Source: an uncultured Chlamydiae bacterium
GTDB taxonomy: Bacteria > Chlamydiota > Chlamydiia > Chlamydiales > JAJFMA01
Length of the DNA stretch: 64,000 nucleotides
NCBI GenBank assembly: GCA_963713615.1
Contig: CAVQMM010000001.1
Span: forward strand, 2,336,001-2,400,000
Direction of reading: 5' to 3'
The first letter of the stretch is position 1; every line of letters starts with the position of its first letter. Positions 20,772-30,868 of this stretch are shown in pieces. The notes under the pieces are model-generated. The model was not told where the DNA came from. It did no database searches and saw only the letters and a list, made by a program, of their open reading frames with translations. The translations under genes were made by a program, and so were the position numbers.

Positions 20772-22556
20772 TTATCGCCTGGTAGGAATGCCATGCGCCT
20801 TAACCAAGGCGTTAAGAACATGATGGTTGAGCGTTGGCCACATCTTTCCTGCACCAACAGAACGCTTGTACTGATGGATAATCTCGGCATGCAACAGCTC
20901 TCGAAGCTTGTCCGAAGTGATCTCCTTAGGAACGTTATAACGCGCCGTCAATTCGGATAGACAGCGATCGCGCAAACTTAACGTCTCCTGATACAACACC
21001 CTCGCCATACGCACAATGGCTGGATCACTAACAGTCTTGGCCATAGCGACTCTTTCGACACCACGCGAATCTACTCTCAAGGTATCCTCGACGATGCTTT
21101 GGAAAAAGTCCATGATAGGATGTTGAGCCAGACCACTTTGACGAAGTAGAGCGCTGAAAACTGCAAGTCGATGGTTAGAAGCTTTGTACGCCAGATTGAT
21201 GATGCGATCTAATTCATACTTAGAGCCTTCAGCTAAAGGATACTGCAATTTAAGCTCGTGAGACGCATTAAACTTAAAGTCCTTCTCCATAAAAACAGGT
21301 GTCTTTGGCTGCTTACCCAAAGCACGCAACAACCCGGCTACCTGTTCAATAACAGGATGATCATCGGAGTCCAATACCGCATCAGTGCTGGCCCAATTCC
21401 ACTCGTCCACTGAAGTCATCAACCGCTCAATAAGGGCACATTTACCGCTGGACGCGATGACATTAACATGAGCGATGGGGACTGGACTAGTTTGTGTGGC
21501 TGCTTCGGCCATCTCTAAGCCCAAAATAGCTGCATTGATTCCCATGACGATAACCTTATCAGAATGCTCGCGAATGGGAAAAATCCAATGCGTGTCAACC
21601 CCACGACCATTCTCGATCAAACGGCGCTCTAGCTCAAAGGTTTTGCCGTTAATAGACACCTGTTTATCTCGCTCTCGCTCACGACGCCATCTCAGATAAT
21701 GAGGATCTGGACCATTAAAAGCTGTTAAGCCACGAGCACGCAAATGATACTCCAACAGAGCCAACTGGGAAGGCTGTCCACCCTTGCTAATAGTAGATAA
21801 GCCGATATGCTCCGACATAGCCTTTAGGCCCCGATGAAGCTTATAAATATCTATCCTCCAGCAACCATTGACACGCGCAACCCATTGCTTAAGGGTGTCT
21901 GTTTCCTCCACATCGAGTTCAAAATTACGATGACCAAGCTTTTTCAATACACCAATGGGCAAGGGAGCACCCAAATTCTCTTCGAGCTCGATAATATGCT
22001 GGCATCTCGCCACTTTTTCGAAAATTCCTTGGTATTGCACCAAACTTTCCGGCGCACTAAACAAAGATTCACGGCCTTTCCCTAGGGTCTTCAGCAAGAT
22101 CGCATAAGCTTTGTTAGCCTTGTCGATGATCTCTCGAAGCCGAAGGCCTCGAGGCGGATGCATAGCATTATTCCAATCGGTCAACACATGTCGCACCTCG
22201 CCAATGCTTTTGTTTTCTCCAGAACCACCTTTCTTTAAGTGATTTAAGTAGTTATGGTACTTCGCATAAGCCTGGGATACATGAACAATTTCACTAACAA
22301 AGGCCTCCTTGGTCTTTACCAGAGCCTCGAGTAAAAGCTTCTTGCGAAGGCTATCGCCAGATGCTCTTAAATAAGAATCGATAAAATGGAAGAGAATTTC
22401 CCAAACATAATTCACCAAACCGCCAGTGGATAGGCTGTTACCCCTAAAGCCAGGCGTGACCATAGGAATTCCATCTTTATCAAAAGAGGCCTGATGTAAT
22501 GCAAAAAATGTACTGCTAATATTTCCGATGCCAACGGATGGTGCCGATGCAGCCAT
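20772..22556 (-). CDS. Hypothetical protein
   Basis: 594-aa ORF with GAGG upstream; no recognised motif. Confidence 0.7.
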   Translation of the reverse strand: MAASAPSVGIGNISSTFFALHQASFDKDGIPMVTPGFRGNSLSTGGLVNYVWEILFHFIDSYLRASGDSLRKKLLLEALVKTKEAFVSEIVHVSQAYAKYHNYLNHLKKGGSGENKSIGEVRHVLTDWNNAMHPPRGLRLREIIDKANKAYAILLKTLGKGRESLFSAPESLVQYQGIFEKVARCQHIIELEENLGAPLPIGVLKKLGHRNFELDVEETDTLKQWVARVNGCWRIDIYKLHRGLKAMSEHIGLSTISKGGQPSQLALLEYHLRARGLTAFNGPDPHYLRWRRERERDKQVSINGKTFELERRLIENGRGVDTHWIFPIREHSDKVIVMGINAAILGLEMAEAATQTSPVPIAHVNVIASSGKCALIERLMTSVDEWNWASTDAVLDSDDHPVIEQVAGLLRALGKQPKTPVFMEKDFKFNASHELKLQYPLAEGSKYELDRIINLAYKASNHRLAVFSALLRQSGLAQHPIMDFFQSIVEDTLRVDSRGVERVAMAKTVSDPAIVRMARVLYQETLSLRDRCLSELTARYNVPKEITSDKLRELLHAEIIHQYKRSVGAGKMWPTLNHHVLNALVKAHGIPTRR

Positions 22557-22655
22557 GAAAACCTCTGGTCACAAAACCACAAATTGAGTGCGCGGTATAG
22601 ACATGTAACTCTTTTTATTGAAAAAGTCGATCATTATCCCCTCCCCTCTCTTTCC

Positions 22656-22694
22656 TAAATCTCTGTGTCCTCTGTGATCTCTGTGGTTAAAATC
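22656..22694. repeat. CTCTGTG 9-bp-period motif
   Basis: CTCTGTG three times at 9-bp spacing followed by GTTAAAAT; reverse complement resembles 3876-3898 and 26211-26235. Confidence 0.5.
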
Positions 22695-22781
22695 TAGGGC
22701 TTGGCTTAACGCAGTATTTCCCTTGATCTCGCGAGCCCCCGCGCAGTATCATTTCGGTCAATTCACATACTTGGAAAAACG

Positions 22782-23618
22782 ATGCCAGGCTATTCGGTAG
22801 TTATTGTTACGCATAACAGCCAACGATACATCCATAAAAACTTAGCGGCACTCAATGCGCAGACAACGCCCGCGGACAGCATCATCGTGATCGATAGTGG
22901 ATCCTGTGATGCTGCTTACCTACAGCCTTATGTCTCACAGCCCAATATTATCATGGAGCTGCATCCGACAGACATTGGCTTTTGCCGCGGTAACAACCTT
23001 GGTATCACCCACGTCTCGCCGCACAGCGAGTACATTCTTTTTCTCAACCCGGATGCCTTTCTGACACCGGCCTTTGCGGCCGATGCCATGGCCTTATTGG
23101 AGAAACCTGAACATCGGCCAGTAGGCGCACTATCAGGATATCTACTAGGTTATGACATCGAAGCCGATGCTCCTACGGGACGCTATGACTCCACAGGTGT
23201 TTTTCAAACGTGGTATGGCCATTGGTTCGATAGACATAAAGGCAAAGCAATTCAGCAGCCCCCCTCTCCAGCCCCTGAAGAGGTGCCAGCAATCTGTGGT
23301 GCACTGATGTTTTGCAGACGAAAGGCCCTCGAAGAAGCAGCCATACGTCATTCTGAGATATGGGACAATAGCTTTTGCATGTATAAAGACGACATCGACC
23401 TTTCGTTACGCATACGAAAGCAAGGTTGGAGATTGCTCATCGTTCCTTATTTGCAAGCTTATCACTGCCGTGGATGGAATGTAAACCGCCGCGCCATGCC
23501 CAGAACGTTACGTCTCATGTCTGCACGCAACGAGATCAGAGTCAATGCGCGCTATTGCTGGATGGGTCTGCCCTACTCCCTAGCAAAATATAGCGCAGTA
23601 AAGGCCTTAGATTGGTAA
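22782..23618 (+). CDS. Glycosyltransferase family 2
   Basis: SVVIVTHNS, IDSGS, FLNPD and FCMYKDDIDLS motifs. Confidence 0.88.
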   Translation: MPGYSVVIVTHNSQRYIHKNLAALNAQTTPADSIIVIDSGSCDAAYLQPYVSQPNIIMELHPTDIGFCRGNNLGITHVSPHSEYILFLNPDAFLTPAFAADAMALLEKPEHRPVGALSGYLLGYDIEADAPTGRYDSTGVFQTWYGHWFDRHKGKAIQQPPSPAPEEVPAICGALMFCRRKALEEAAIRHSEIWDNSFCMYKDDIDLSLRIRKQGWRLLIVPYLQAYHCRGWNVNRRAMPRTLRLMSARNEIRVNARYCWMGLPYSLAKYSAVKALDW

Positions 23619-24931
23619 CAACAATGGCCATTCGTGCAACAATTCCAGTAGCGGATGAACAGCGTCTCGCCCTGCATTGGATGGCCTGGCCATTTCTGAT
23701 GATGCTAGTGGTGAGTTTAGTAACACCCTCCGGAAAATTCCATGGCGCCTTACAACCCAAAGCACTAAGTCTAGCCTTCGCCATCCTGTTCACCACCCTT
23801 CACGCAATGACACGCAAACAGTGGACCAGACTACAACTGATCGTCTCCTTAGTCTGCATGGGGTTAGGGATGTTGGTCATTTTCAGCTTCCTAATAGGCA
23901 GTACTACCAGCGTCAACAATACCTTTGCTGAAGGAATCGACGAAGGGTTTGTCTTCGTAACCACCATATTAGCTGCTGGAATGACGGTCTATTGGCATAT
24001 TGATGGAGGCGTACCCTATGGAACGCTATTAAAGACCGTCTTAGGGGCTAATCTTATCTACAACATCCTGAAAATGTGCTTCATCGTTGCTGTATTAGCT
24101 GGTTGGCTCACTTTAGATGCCTTTCTAGACCTCGGCTATAGCGTGCAAACGACAACAATTAGCGGCCCTCTGTTCCGATTTCAGTCAGGCTCCGACGTTC
24201 CTACTCCTGTCCTACTCCTCTTTGCGCTCATGAGTTCGCGGCTGAAGGTGCCGATGAGTTGGACCTTTAAAGGCGCTTATATCATCATCGCCGCCATCTC
24301 CATCTTCTTTAGCTATTCACGCCTACAATGGACTATAGGGATGCTAGCGTATCCCATGTGGTTCTTCAGCGACTATTCTTGGAAGAAGGTTGTGCTCCAT
24401 GCGACGGGCTGGATGATCGTTCTAATGGCCTTCCTAGCGATTGTTGGAGTCGAAAAACCCATGCAAATCGCCACCCACCGTTTTTTTAGCGGTGAAGTGC
24501 AGCAGTCTGATTTAACTCGTCAAGTGCAGAGTGACGGATTGTTGAATCGGTTTCTGCAAGATCCCTATCTTGGCAATGGCATCGGAGGTGCTCCGGTACC
24601 TGGAGTGCTTGGACGATACTCATACCATTTCGAAGTCCAATGGTTGGCCTTTCTCATGCAGTTTGGGATCATCGGCATCACTGGGATTTTATTAGCCCTG
24701 GGGGCTATTGCCATTACTTACCTTAAGAGTCCTCTAAACTGGACCAAGATAGCCTTTCTGAGCATGTACCTTCTGTGGCTAGTATCGGGATTCACTAATC
24801 CCTTCCTCATATCTCTGAATAGCGGTATTCTTTATGGATTGTTCTTGGTAACTGCTCTAAGACTGAATAGCGAAAATGTAAGCCCCTATGCGCATTCTCA
24901 TCGTCACCTCCTACTTTCCACCGCTGAATAG
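23612..24931 (+). CDS. O-antigen ligase/polymerase-like membrane protein
   Basis: Many transmembrane segments; SYSR, P.LGNGIG and H......L.QFGIIG motifs; lies between glycosyltransferases. Confidence 0.72.
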   Translation: MVTTMAIRATIPVADEQRLALHWMAWPFLMMLVVSLVTPSGKFHGALQPKALSLAFAILFTTLHAMTRKQWTRLQLIVSLVCMGLGMLVIFSFLIGSTTSVNNTFAEGIDEGFVFVTTILAAGMTVYWHIDGGVPYGTLLKTVLGANLIYNILKMCFIVAVLAGWLTLDAFLDLGYSVQTTTISGPLFRFQSGSDVPTPVLLLFALMSSRLKVPMSWTFKGAYIIIAAISIFFSYSRLQWTIGMLAYPMWFFSDYSWKKVVLHATGWMIVLMAFLAIVGVEKPMQIATHRFFSGEVQQSDLTRQVQSDGLLNRFLQDPYLGNGIGGAPVPGVLGRYSYHFEVQWLAFLMQFGIIGITGILLALGAIAITYLKSPLNWTKIAFLSMYLLWLVSGFTNPFLISLNSGILYGLFLVTALRLNSENVSPYAHSHRHLLLSTAE

Positions 24932-26186
24932 TATCGCTAGTCTGCGCCCCTATTCCTGGGCACAGTATTGGCCGGCAGCTGGTCATGATGTCACTGTTAT
25001 CACCCCTTACCGCAGCGAGGAGCCTAGTACAGCTCTGACAATGTCTCTTTCGGGCTTTAAAATACTGAAAACACCTCCCATACCCTGGCTTGAAAAACTT
25101 AAAAGCGATTATCGACAGCACGACCCGGACCCCGTAAAGCCCGACAGTCTATTCCATCGTACCTTGCGCAGAGCCTTTGCAACAATACGTCAACGTAAAG
25201 GCATCTTGGCAGGTAGTCATATGCCTGACTTCACAGACCTCTGGGTTCCACAAGCGATGAAAACATTGCGCGATGCCCGTCCCTGGGATATCGTCGTTAC
25301 AACAGCTCCACCCTTTTCTGTTCATCGCTTAGGATACAAAATTAAAAGAGCCGGGTTAGCCAAATATTGGATCGCTGATTTCCGAGACCTCATCGTAGAT
25401 AGTCCCATCACGCCTGGATTATGGCCCTTTTCAACTCTGGAACGTTGGCTAGAACGGCGCTACATGCGACATATTGACCTCACCACAACGGTGAGCGATG
25501 GTCTTGCTACTAGTCTTCTCTCCAATTATCCCAAAGCACAGGTGCGAGTGATTGAAAACGGATACGAACCGGCTGATATGCAACAGCTGTCGACTCGTTC
25601 AGCCTTTCCCCAGGACAATCAATTTCGCCTCGTTTACTTGGGTACGATATATCCAGGCAAGCGCGATCCAAGTCTCCTCTTTCAAGCGATTAAAGAGATC
25701 AGTCAGGATGATACCCAACGTCATCTGCTTGACCGCCTGGAAGTACTATTTTATGGCCCTGAGATGGGTGATGTCCCTGATCTCATTGCACGCTATCAGG
25801 TAGATCAATGGGTAATAGTGAAGGGGTTTGTCAAACGCGAGGAATCCCTGCGCATTCAGAGAGATGCAGATGCTCTTTTGTTTATTTCGTGGTCGGATCC
25901 AACCGTTGAAGGTATTCTGACAGGCAAGCTATTTGAATATTTGTCCTGTGGAACACCGATAGTGGCCATTGGCGGACCTCGTCCAGACATTGCTGAAAAG
26001 CTCATTATCGACACCGAAGCCGGCGAGGTATTGGGAACGGATATTTCGGCGATACGACAGTATTTGGTGACGAAGCTAGCAAGTAGGGAAAAGACGGACA
26101 AAGAACCACGTCACACCAAACTGCAGGCCTATACAAGGCAAGCATTGGCAGAAAAGATGTTAGCAATGTTTCCGCTGGAAGAGTAA
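24888..26186 (+). CDS. Glycosyltransferase family 4
   Basis: YFPP, WIADFRD, IENGY and GKLFEYL motifs. Confidence 0.88.
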   Translation: MRILIVTSYFPPLNSIASLRPYSWAQYWPAAGHDVTVITPYRSEEPSTALTMSLSGFKILKTPPIPWLEKLKSDYRQHDPDPVKPDSLFHRTLRRAFATIRQRKGILAGSHMPDFTDLWVPQAMKTLRDARPWDIVVTTAPPFSVHRLGYKIKRAGLAKYWIADFRDLIVDSPITPGLWPFSTLERWLERRYMRHIDLTTTVSDGLATSLLSNYPKAQVRVIENGYEPADMQQLSTRSAFPQDNQFRLVYLGTIYPGKRDPSLLFQAIKEISQDDTQRHLLDRLEVLFYGPEMGDVPDLIARYQVDQWVIVKGFVKREESLRIQRDADALLFISWSDPTVEGILTGKLFEYLSCGTPIVAIGGPRPDIAEKLIIDTEAGEVLGTDISAIRQYLVTKLASREKTDKEPRHTKLQAYTRQALAEKMLAMFPLEE

Positions 26187-26238
26187 GGAGGCGAGGAAAG
26201 AGGATTAGGAATTTTAACCAAAGAGAACACAGAGACTG

Positions 26239-26408
26239 GCGGTTCGTGAAAAATTTTTACGCAAAGGCGCAAAGAAGAGCTCACACTCTTGTTTCACGAC
26301 ATCATTTTAATTAATAAAGAATAAAAATTTCGTTGTAATTAATGACTCTGTGAATCACAAAAGTGACCTCTTCTTTGCGCCTTTGCGTAAAAATTTTTCA
26401 CGAACCGC
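26239..26408. repeat. Long inverted repeat (REP/MITE-like)
   Basis: Perfect 41-bp arms 26239-26279 and 26368-26408 containing CGCAAAGGCGCAAAG. Confidence 0.85.
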
Positions 26409-26438
26409 TGGCGTGAGAGACGATTTGTCTATTTAGTT

Positions 26439-28146
26439 TTAAGTTTGACCCGCTACTAGATATGCTGCAACCATCTCCTGAATTTTTTCCCCGAGTTCAG
26501 GAAGTCTGCGCACTGTCAGTACCTTTTGGTCTCCTTCTGGATTTCGTATGTAAGAAATCAAGTCAGACTTAAACTCTTCATCTATAGTTTCTGCTTCAAG
26601 ACTAGTCAATTCTGGAATGCGAGATAGCCAAACGGTCCGCTTAATCGCTCCCTCTAGCACCTTTTTGAAATGAATATTCACCAATAGCCTGATGGCACAA
26701 GGAAAGCATGTCCTCAGCAAGTTTAGGGTCGTTTAAGCAATCTTCTATTTGAGTCATCTGCTCTTTGTTCAGCAGTTGATTACGGGGATATTCCGGAAAT
26801 CGGCGATCGCCGCCAAATAGAGCAAGAAGCTTACTGAGATTTGGGGAAATTGTTTTGGCGAGATCCACTTGCTGCTGCAGAAAACGCCATTTACATCCCC
26901 CATTCGCAACATCTTCATATAAGTAAAGTTTACAACGAGCACACCACGACTCAACCGCAGAATTGTCGCCAGTGGCAAGCAGTCGTTCAGAAGCCAGTTG
27001 CATGTGTTTCATATCGTTTGGTGTAAAAGACGGCCGTATGATCACAGTAAGATTTCGTTTTGTTTGATCATCGTCTGATTGTTGGATAAGGATTGCCTCT
27101 TCGTTCCCTTTTAAGGTCACTTGTCCATAACCTTTTTCTTTCAGATATGCAAGACGTTCGGGGGTAAAAATAATGTTGGAAAAATCACCAACTGATAACC
27201 GATCAAATTCGCCACACTGATTTAAAACAATCACAACGTGTTTGTGGCGCTCGTGAATTGCTACACAATCAATGAATTTACCCCAAGATGCAGGGTGGTG
27301 CGCATAGCCAGAATTAAACGAATAGCTGTCATAATCAGGCAACGATTTGTCATCGTGACAACTCATCGCACTTAAAATATCTTGGCGAAGTTCAGCATTC
27401 TGGATAAGAGAGATATATGAGGGACAACAATATGCCCGCGACAAAGGAGCCTCCATGCGATCTTTATCTAGGAGTACACCAGTTCCTGGTTGAAGACCCA
27501 TCGGTATTAAACCAGTCATCCAGCTTGATTGTCTGGGGAAAATACGCTCGTGAAGATTTCGATAAATTTTTGCGATACTATCCTCTAGCGTCGCCTTCTT
27601 AACCACCTCTACAGGTATGCTATGATAGAAGGAATGAAGCTCTTTAGCAATTTCCATAAAACCAAAAATAGGGCCGGCAATCTCTCTGTTGATAAGGGAT
27701 TCGCAAGCATCGGCGCTATACGTAAATGTGACGGGTCCTACAATCACCAAATCTGCGGGGTCTTTTTCGGGCGATTGCGATTTGAATTCTCTGATGCAAA
27801 TTTTGGAAGGATCGTTGTTAGACAAGAGGGATTTGGCAAAAGAAAGATAGTTGCTATCCAAAACCCAGTCAAATAATAGATTTGGGCTCTGCCGCATGAT
27901 ATCAACCGTTTTGGCCGCCGCTGAAACATCTCCTCTTCCTCCCTTAACCTCTGTCATGACAGCTATGTTCTGAATTTCGTCTAGCCAAGGAAGAGACCCG
28001 TAAAGAGCTTCGATTTTTCGATGAAGATAGAAAAGTGATTCGTCTAATTTCTTGATCTTCGCCGGAAGCACAACTTCAATCGCTTCGCAGGCAGCATTAC
28101 CTACTGAAAAGGAATGTGGAACGACTTGATTAATGGATAAGTGCAT
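26439..28146 (-). CDS. AT-rich hypothetical protein, probably one gene with a frameshift near 26665
   Basis: ORFs 26641-28146 and 26439-26720 overlap at a T5 run. Confidence 0.6.
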
Positions 28147-28585
28147 TTATATATTTCCTACTTGCATTTAAATCAAAGACAACTATATCATCATAAAAAT
28201 TTAAAAACAAGCTATTATATTTATTCTTTCTACCATCTTTATCCAAAAATATATTGATTAACAATTGTAAAAGCTTTCGTCTACCTGGCTATCTTTGACG
28301 CTTACCGTCTTATGGCAATCCTTCAGATCATCACTCGGTGCGTAGCGCTTTGGAGTCATAGGCATCAACTTAAGCAACTAACTGCGCCCTCACAATCGTA
28401 TCTCGGCGCGCAGCGCTTTGGAGTGCGTGTCGCTCGCGACCGCTTTGGGTTTGGGTGAGCCTATTGAATCGCGCACCGTTCTACGGAGGCTGCCCCCCCA
28501 CAGTTACCCCTAGAGAGAAGGGTTACGTTCTTGCAATGCCAACTTCGCCCAAATCCAAAGCGGTCGCGAGCGACGCGCACTCCAA

Positions 28586-30463
28586 CGAAAGTTCACCCCT
28601 AATTTCCCCACTACTTTGATCGTATTGTGATGAATATAAATGCTTTGCATCACTATTTTTCCGAAAAAATGTAGTCACTAAAATAATTATTCAAATATCA
28701 TCTAAAATATATTGTAGATATATTTATTATGCGTATAATGTAGTCCAGTTATATGATGGAAACTGTATGTACATTGCAAAATCAACGTCCAAGTCTAAGT
28801 CTGGAAAGGTTTACGAGTCTATTTTGCTTCGTGAATCATATAGAGAGGGCACAAAGGTTAAAAACCGCACACTGGCTAATCTTTCAGGGTGTTCTAAGAG
28901 TGATATTGAGGCTATTAGGCTAGGTCTGAAACATAAGGACAATCCTACAATCTTGTCCAAGGACAGTTTTAGCATTGTTCAGGGCAGATCAGTTGGAGGA
29001 GTGTTCGTTCTAAAGCAATTGGCAGACAGTCTTGGGATCACAAAAGCCCTAGGTGATAGTTTCCACGCTAAACTTATCCTTTGGCTTGTCTTCGCAAGGA
29101 TTCTTGAGCAAGGCTCTCGCCTGTCGGCGGCAAGACTGGTCCTAATCTATGATATTGCCTCCATAATCAACCTCAACCGAGGTTTTGATGAAAATGACTT
29201 TTATCAAAGCCTGCATTGGGTAGCCAAAAATCAAAGTTCCATTGAGAATTCGCTTTTCAGGCTTAGGCGTTATTCTGGGCAATTTTACTGGTACGATGTA
29301 ACAAGCTCATACTTTGAGGGCACGCAAAATGCCTTGGCTGCCTATGGACACAACCGCGACAAGAAGAAAAGAAAGAAGCAGGTCGTTATAGGACTGTTAA
29401 GCATCAATAATGGAATGCCAGTCTCCGTCGAGGCCTTTGCAGGCAATACCCAGGACACTCTGACTTTTCAAAATCAGTTAGACAAAATTAAAGCCAGATT
29501 TGGCTGCAAGAACGTTGTCCTAGTTGGTGATAGAGGAATGATTCGGAACAAGCAGAAGCTATTGCTAAAGGAATACGGGTTTGGATATGTCACAGCCTTG
29601 ACTCTTCCTGAGATGAAATCGCTAATAGGCGCAGAGATTCTTTGTCTGGATACATTCACGAAAGATCTTCAATCGATTTGTCTTGAAGGCAAGAGATACA
29701 TCTATCGGCGCAATCCTGGACGTGCTTTAGAAACCCAATCACAAAGAGAAGAACGCCTATCTACCGCTCAAAGGCGCGTGGATCAAGAAAACAAAAAACT
29801 TGAGTCTAAGCCTACAATGTCAGCGGTGCTGGCAAAGAATCGAATACGACAATATCTAAAAAAACTATGCATTGCAGAGTGGGTCAGTGTTTCCGTCGAA
29901 AAAAGGCAATTACGTTTAGAGATCGACCAGGAGCGGCTAAAAGAAAAATCTAAGTTTGACGGTTGTTACGTATGGACAACGGAATTAGGTAAGGAAGAAG
30001 CTTCTGACCTAGAAATTTTCGAACGATACAAAGACCTAAAATACGTTGAGGATGATTTCAGAACCTTCAAGAGCAATTTTTTGGAAATCAGGCCGATTTA
30101 TGTAAGAACAGTAGAGAGCACCAAGGGGCACATATTTATCACTATGCTGGCTCATATGATTGTAAGAGAGCTGCGTTCAAGGTTAGCTGAAGTAAATATG
30201 ACTGCAGAAGAGGCCCTGCGAGTGTTAGGCCTTATATGTCAAAATTCAATAAAGTGCTCAGATGCGGTGACCATTGAAATGATCCCTGCCCCCTCCAAGG
30301 AGGCCACTAACATTTTGAGCGCTCTACAAATTACCATGCCAAAGCAAATCCAGGTGGCCACAAGTAATGTAGTCACTAGACACAGGACAAGAAAAGGCCT
30401 CTAAAAGTCGAAAAATCAACACTTTAGGTAGGTGTTTTTTTCAAAAACAGGGGTGAACTTCCG
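28586..30463 (+). mobile_element. IS1634-family element, copy 2 (1878 bp)
   Basis: 15-bp terminal inverted repeat CG(A/G)AAGTTCACCCCT; CTCCAA duplicated on both sides. Confidence 0.95.
28767..30404 (+). CDS. IS1634-family DDE transposase
   Basis: LRESYRE..VK.RTLANL, YDVTSSYFEG, GDRGM and VE..FR..K....IRPIY motifs. Confidence 0.93.
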   Translation: MYIAKSTSKSKSGKVYESILLRESYREGTKVKNRTLANLSGCSKSDIEAIRLGLKHKDNPTILSKDSFSIVQGRSVGGVFVLKQLADSLGITKALGDSFHAKLILWLVFARILEQGSRLSAARLVLIYDIASIINLNRGFDENDFYQSLHWVAKNQSSIENSLFRLRRYSGQFYWYDVTSSYFEGTQNALAAYGHNRDKKKRKKQVVIGLLSINNGMPVSVEAFAGNTQDTLTFQNQLDKIKARFGCKNVVLVGDRGMIRNKQKLLLKEYGFGYVTALTLPEMKSLIGAEILCLDTFTKDLQSICLEGKRYIYRRNPGRALETQSQREERLSTAQRRVDQENKKLESKPTMSAVLAKNRIRQYLKKLCIAEWVSVSVEKRQLRLEIDQERLKEKSKFDGCYVWTTELGKEEASDLEIFERYKDLKYVEDDFRTFKSNFLEIRPIYVRTVESTKGHIFITMLAHMIVRELRSRLAEVNMTAEEALRVLGLICQNSIKCSDAVTIEMIPAPSKEATNILSALQITMPKQIQVATSNVVTRHRTRKGL

Positions 30464-30520
30464 CTCCAAAGCGCTGCGCGCCTATTTACGAAGTTAGTTG
30501 CTTAAGTTGATGCCTATGGC

Positions 30521-30598
30521 TTGACTACTCACGAAGTTATGCTGGATTTCTCAATCGAGCTCTCGTACGATGAACAAGTCGATAAGTTACGTCTGACC
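30521..30598. repeat. Palindromic element C, left end truncated
   Basis: Aligns by eye to 32855-32935. Confidence 0.6.
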
Positions 30599-30617
30599 TG
30601 GGCTAGCTCTCAGCTTG

Positions 30618-30860
30618 TTAAAGCAAATCGGAATCTGGTTCTATATCGTTTAATCCAATTAAATCTTGGCTTATTTCAAATGCATCTGCCTGTTGCTTCA
30701 TTAGGGAAAGCGTGTCATGCAGTGCCATAAGGTAACCTAACTTGTAATCTACATCCCAAAAATTTAGACATTCATCTTTCTCAAGCTTTGCCTCTCTGGC
30801 CTTTTCTTTTAGCAATATAGCTAAGTCATATATGTAGTTTTTCATTACATTGTCGTTCAT
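30618..30860 (-). CDS. Putative immunity protein (80 aa)
   Basis: Small AT-rich acidic ORF 8 bp after an Rhs toxin tip; ATG 30860 preferred. Confidence 0.72.
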   Translation of the reverse strand: MNDNVMKNYIYDLAILLKEKAREAKLEKDECLNFWDVDYKLGYLMALHDTLSLMKQQADAFEISQDLIGLNDIEPDSDLL

Positions 30861-30868
30861 TGAATATA

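Larger units (their letters stand above)
28357..30518. repeat. Palindromic element A, copy 2, with outer 27-bp inverted repeats and an IS1634 insertion
   Basis: CATAGGCATCAACTTAAGCAACTAACT at 28357-28383 and its reverse complement at 30492-30518; inner arms start at 28402. Confidence 0.88.
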
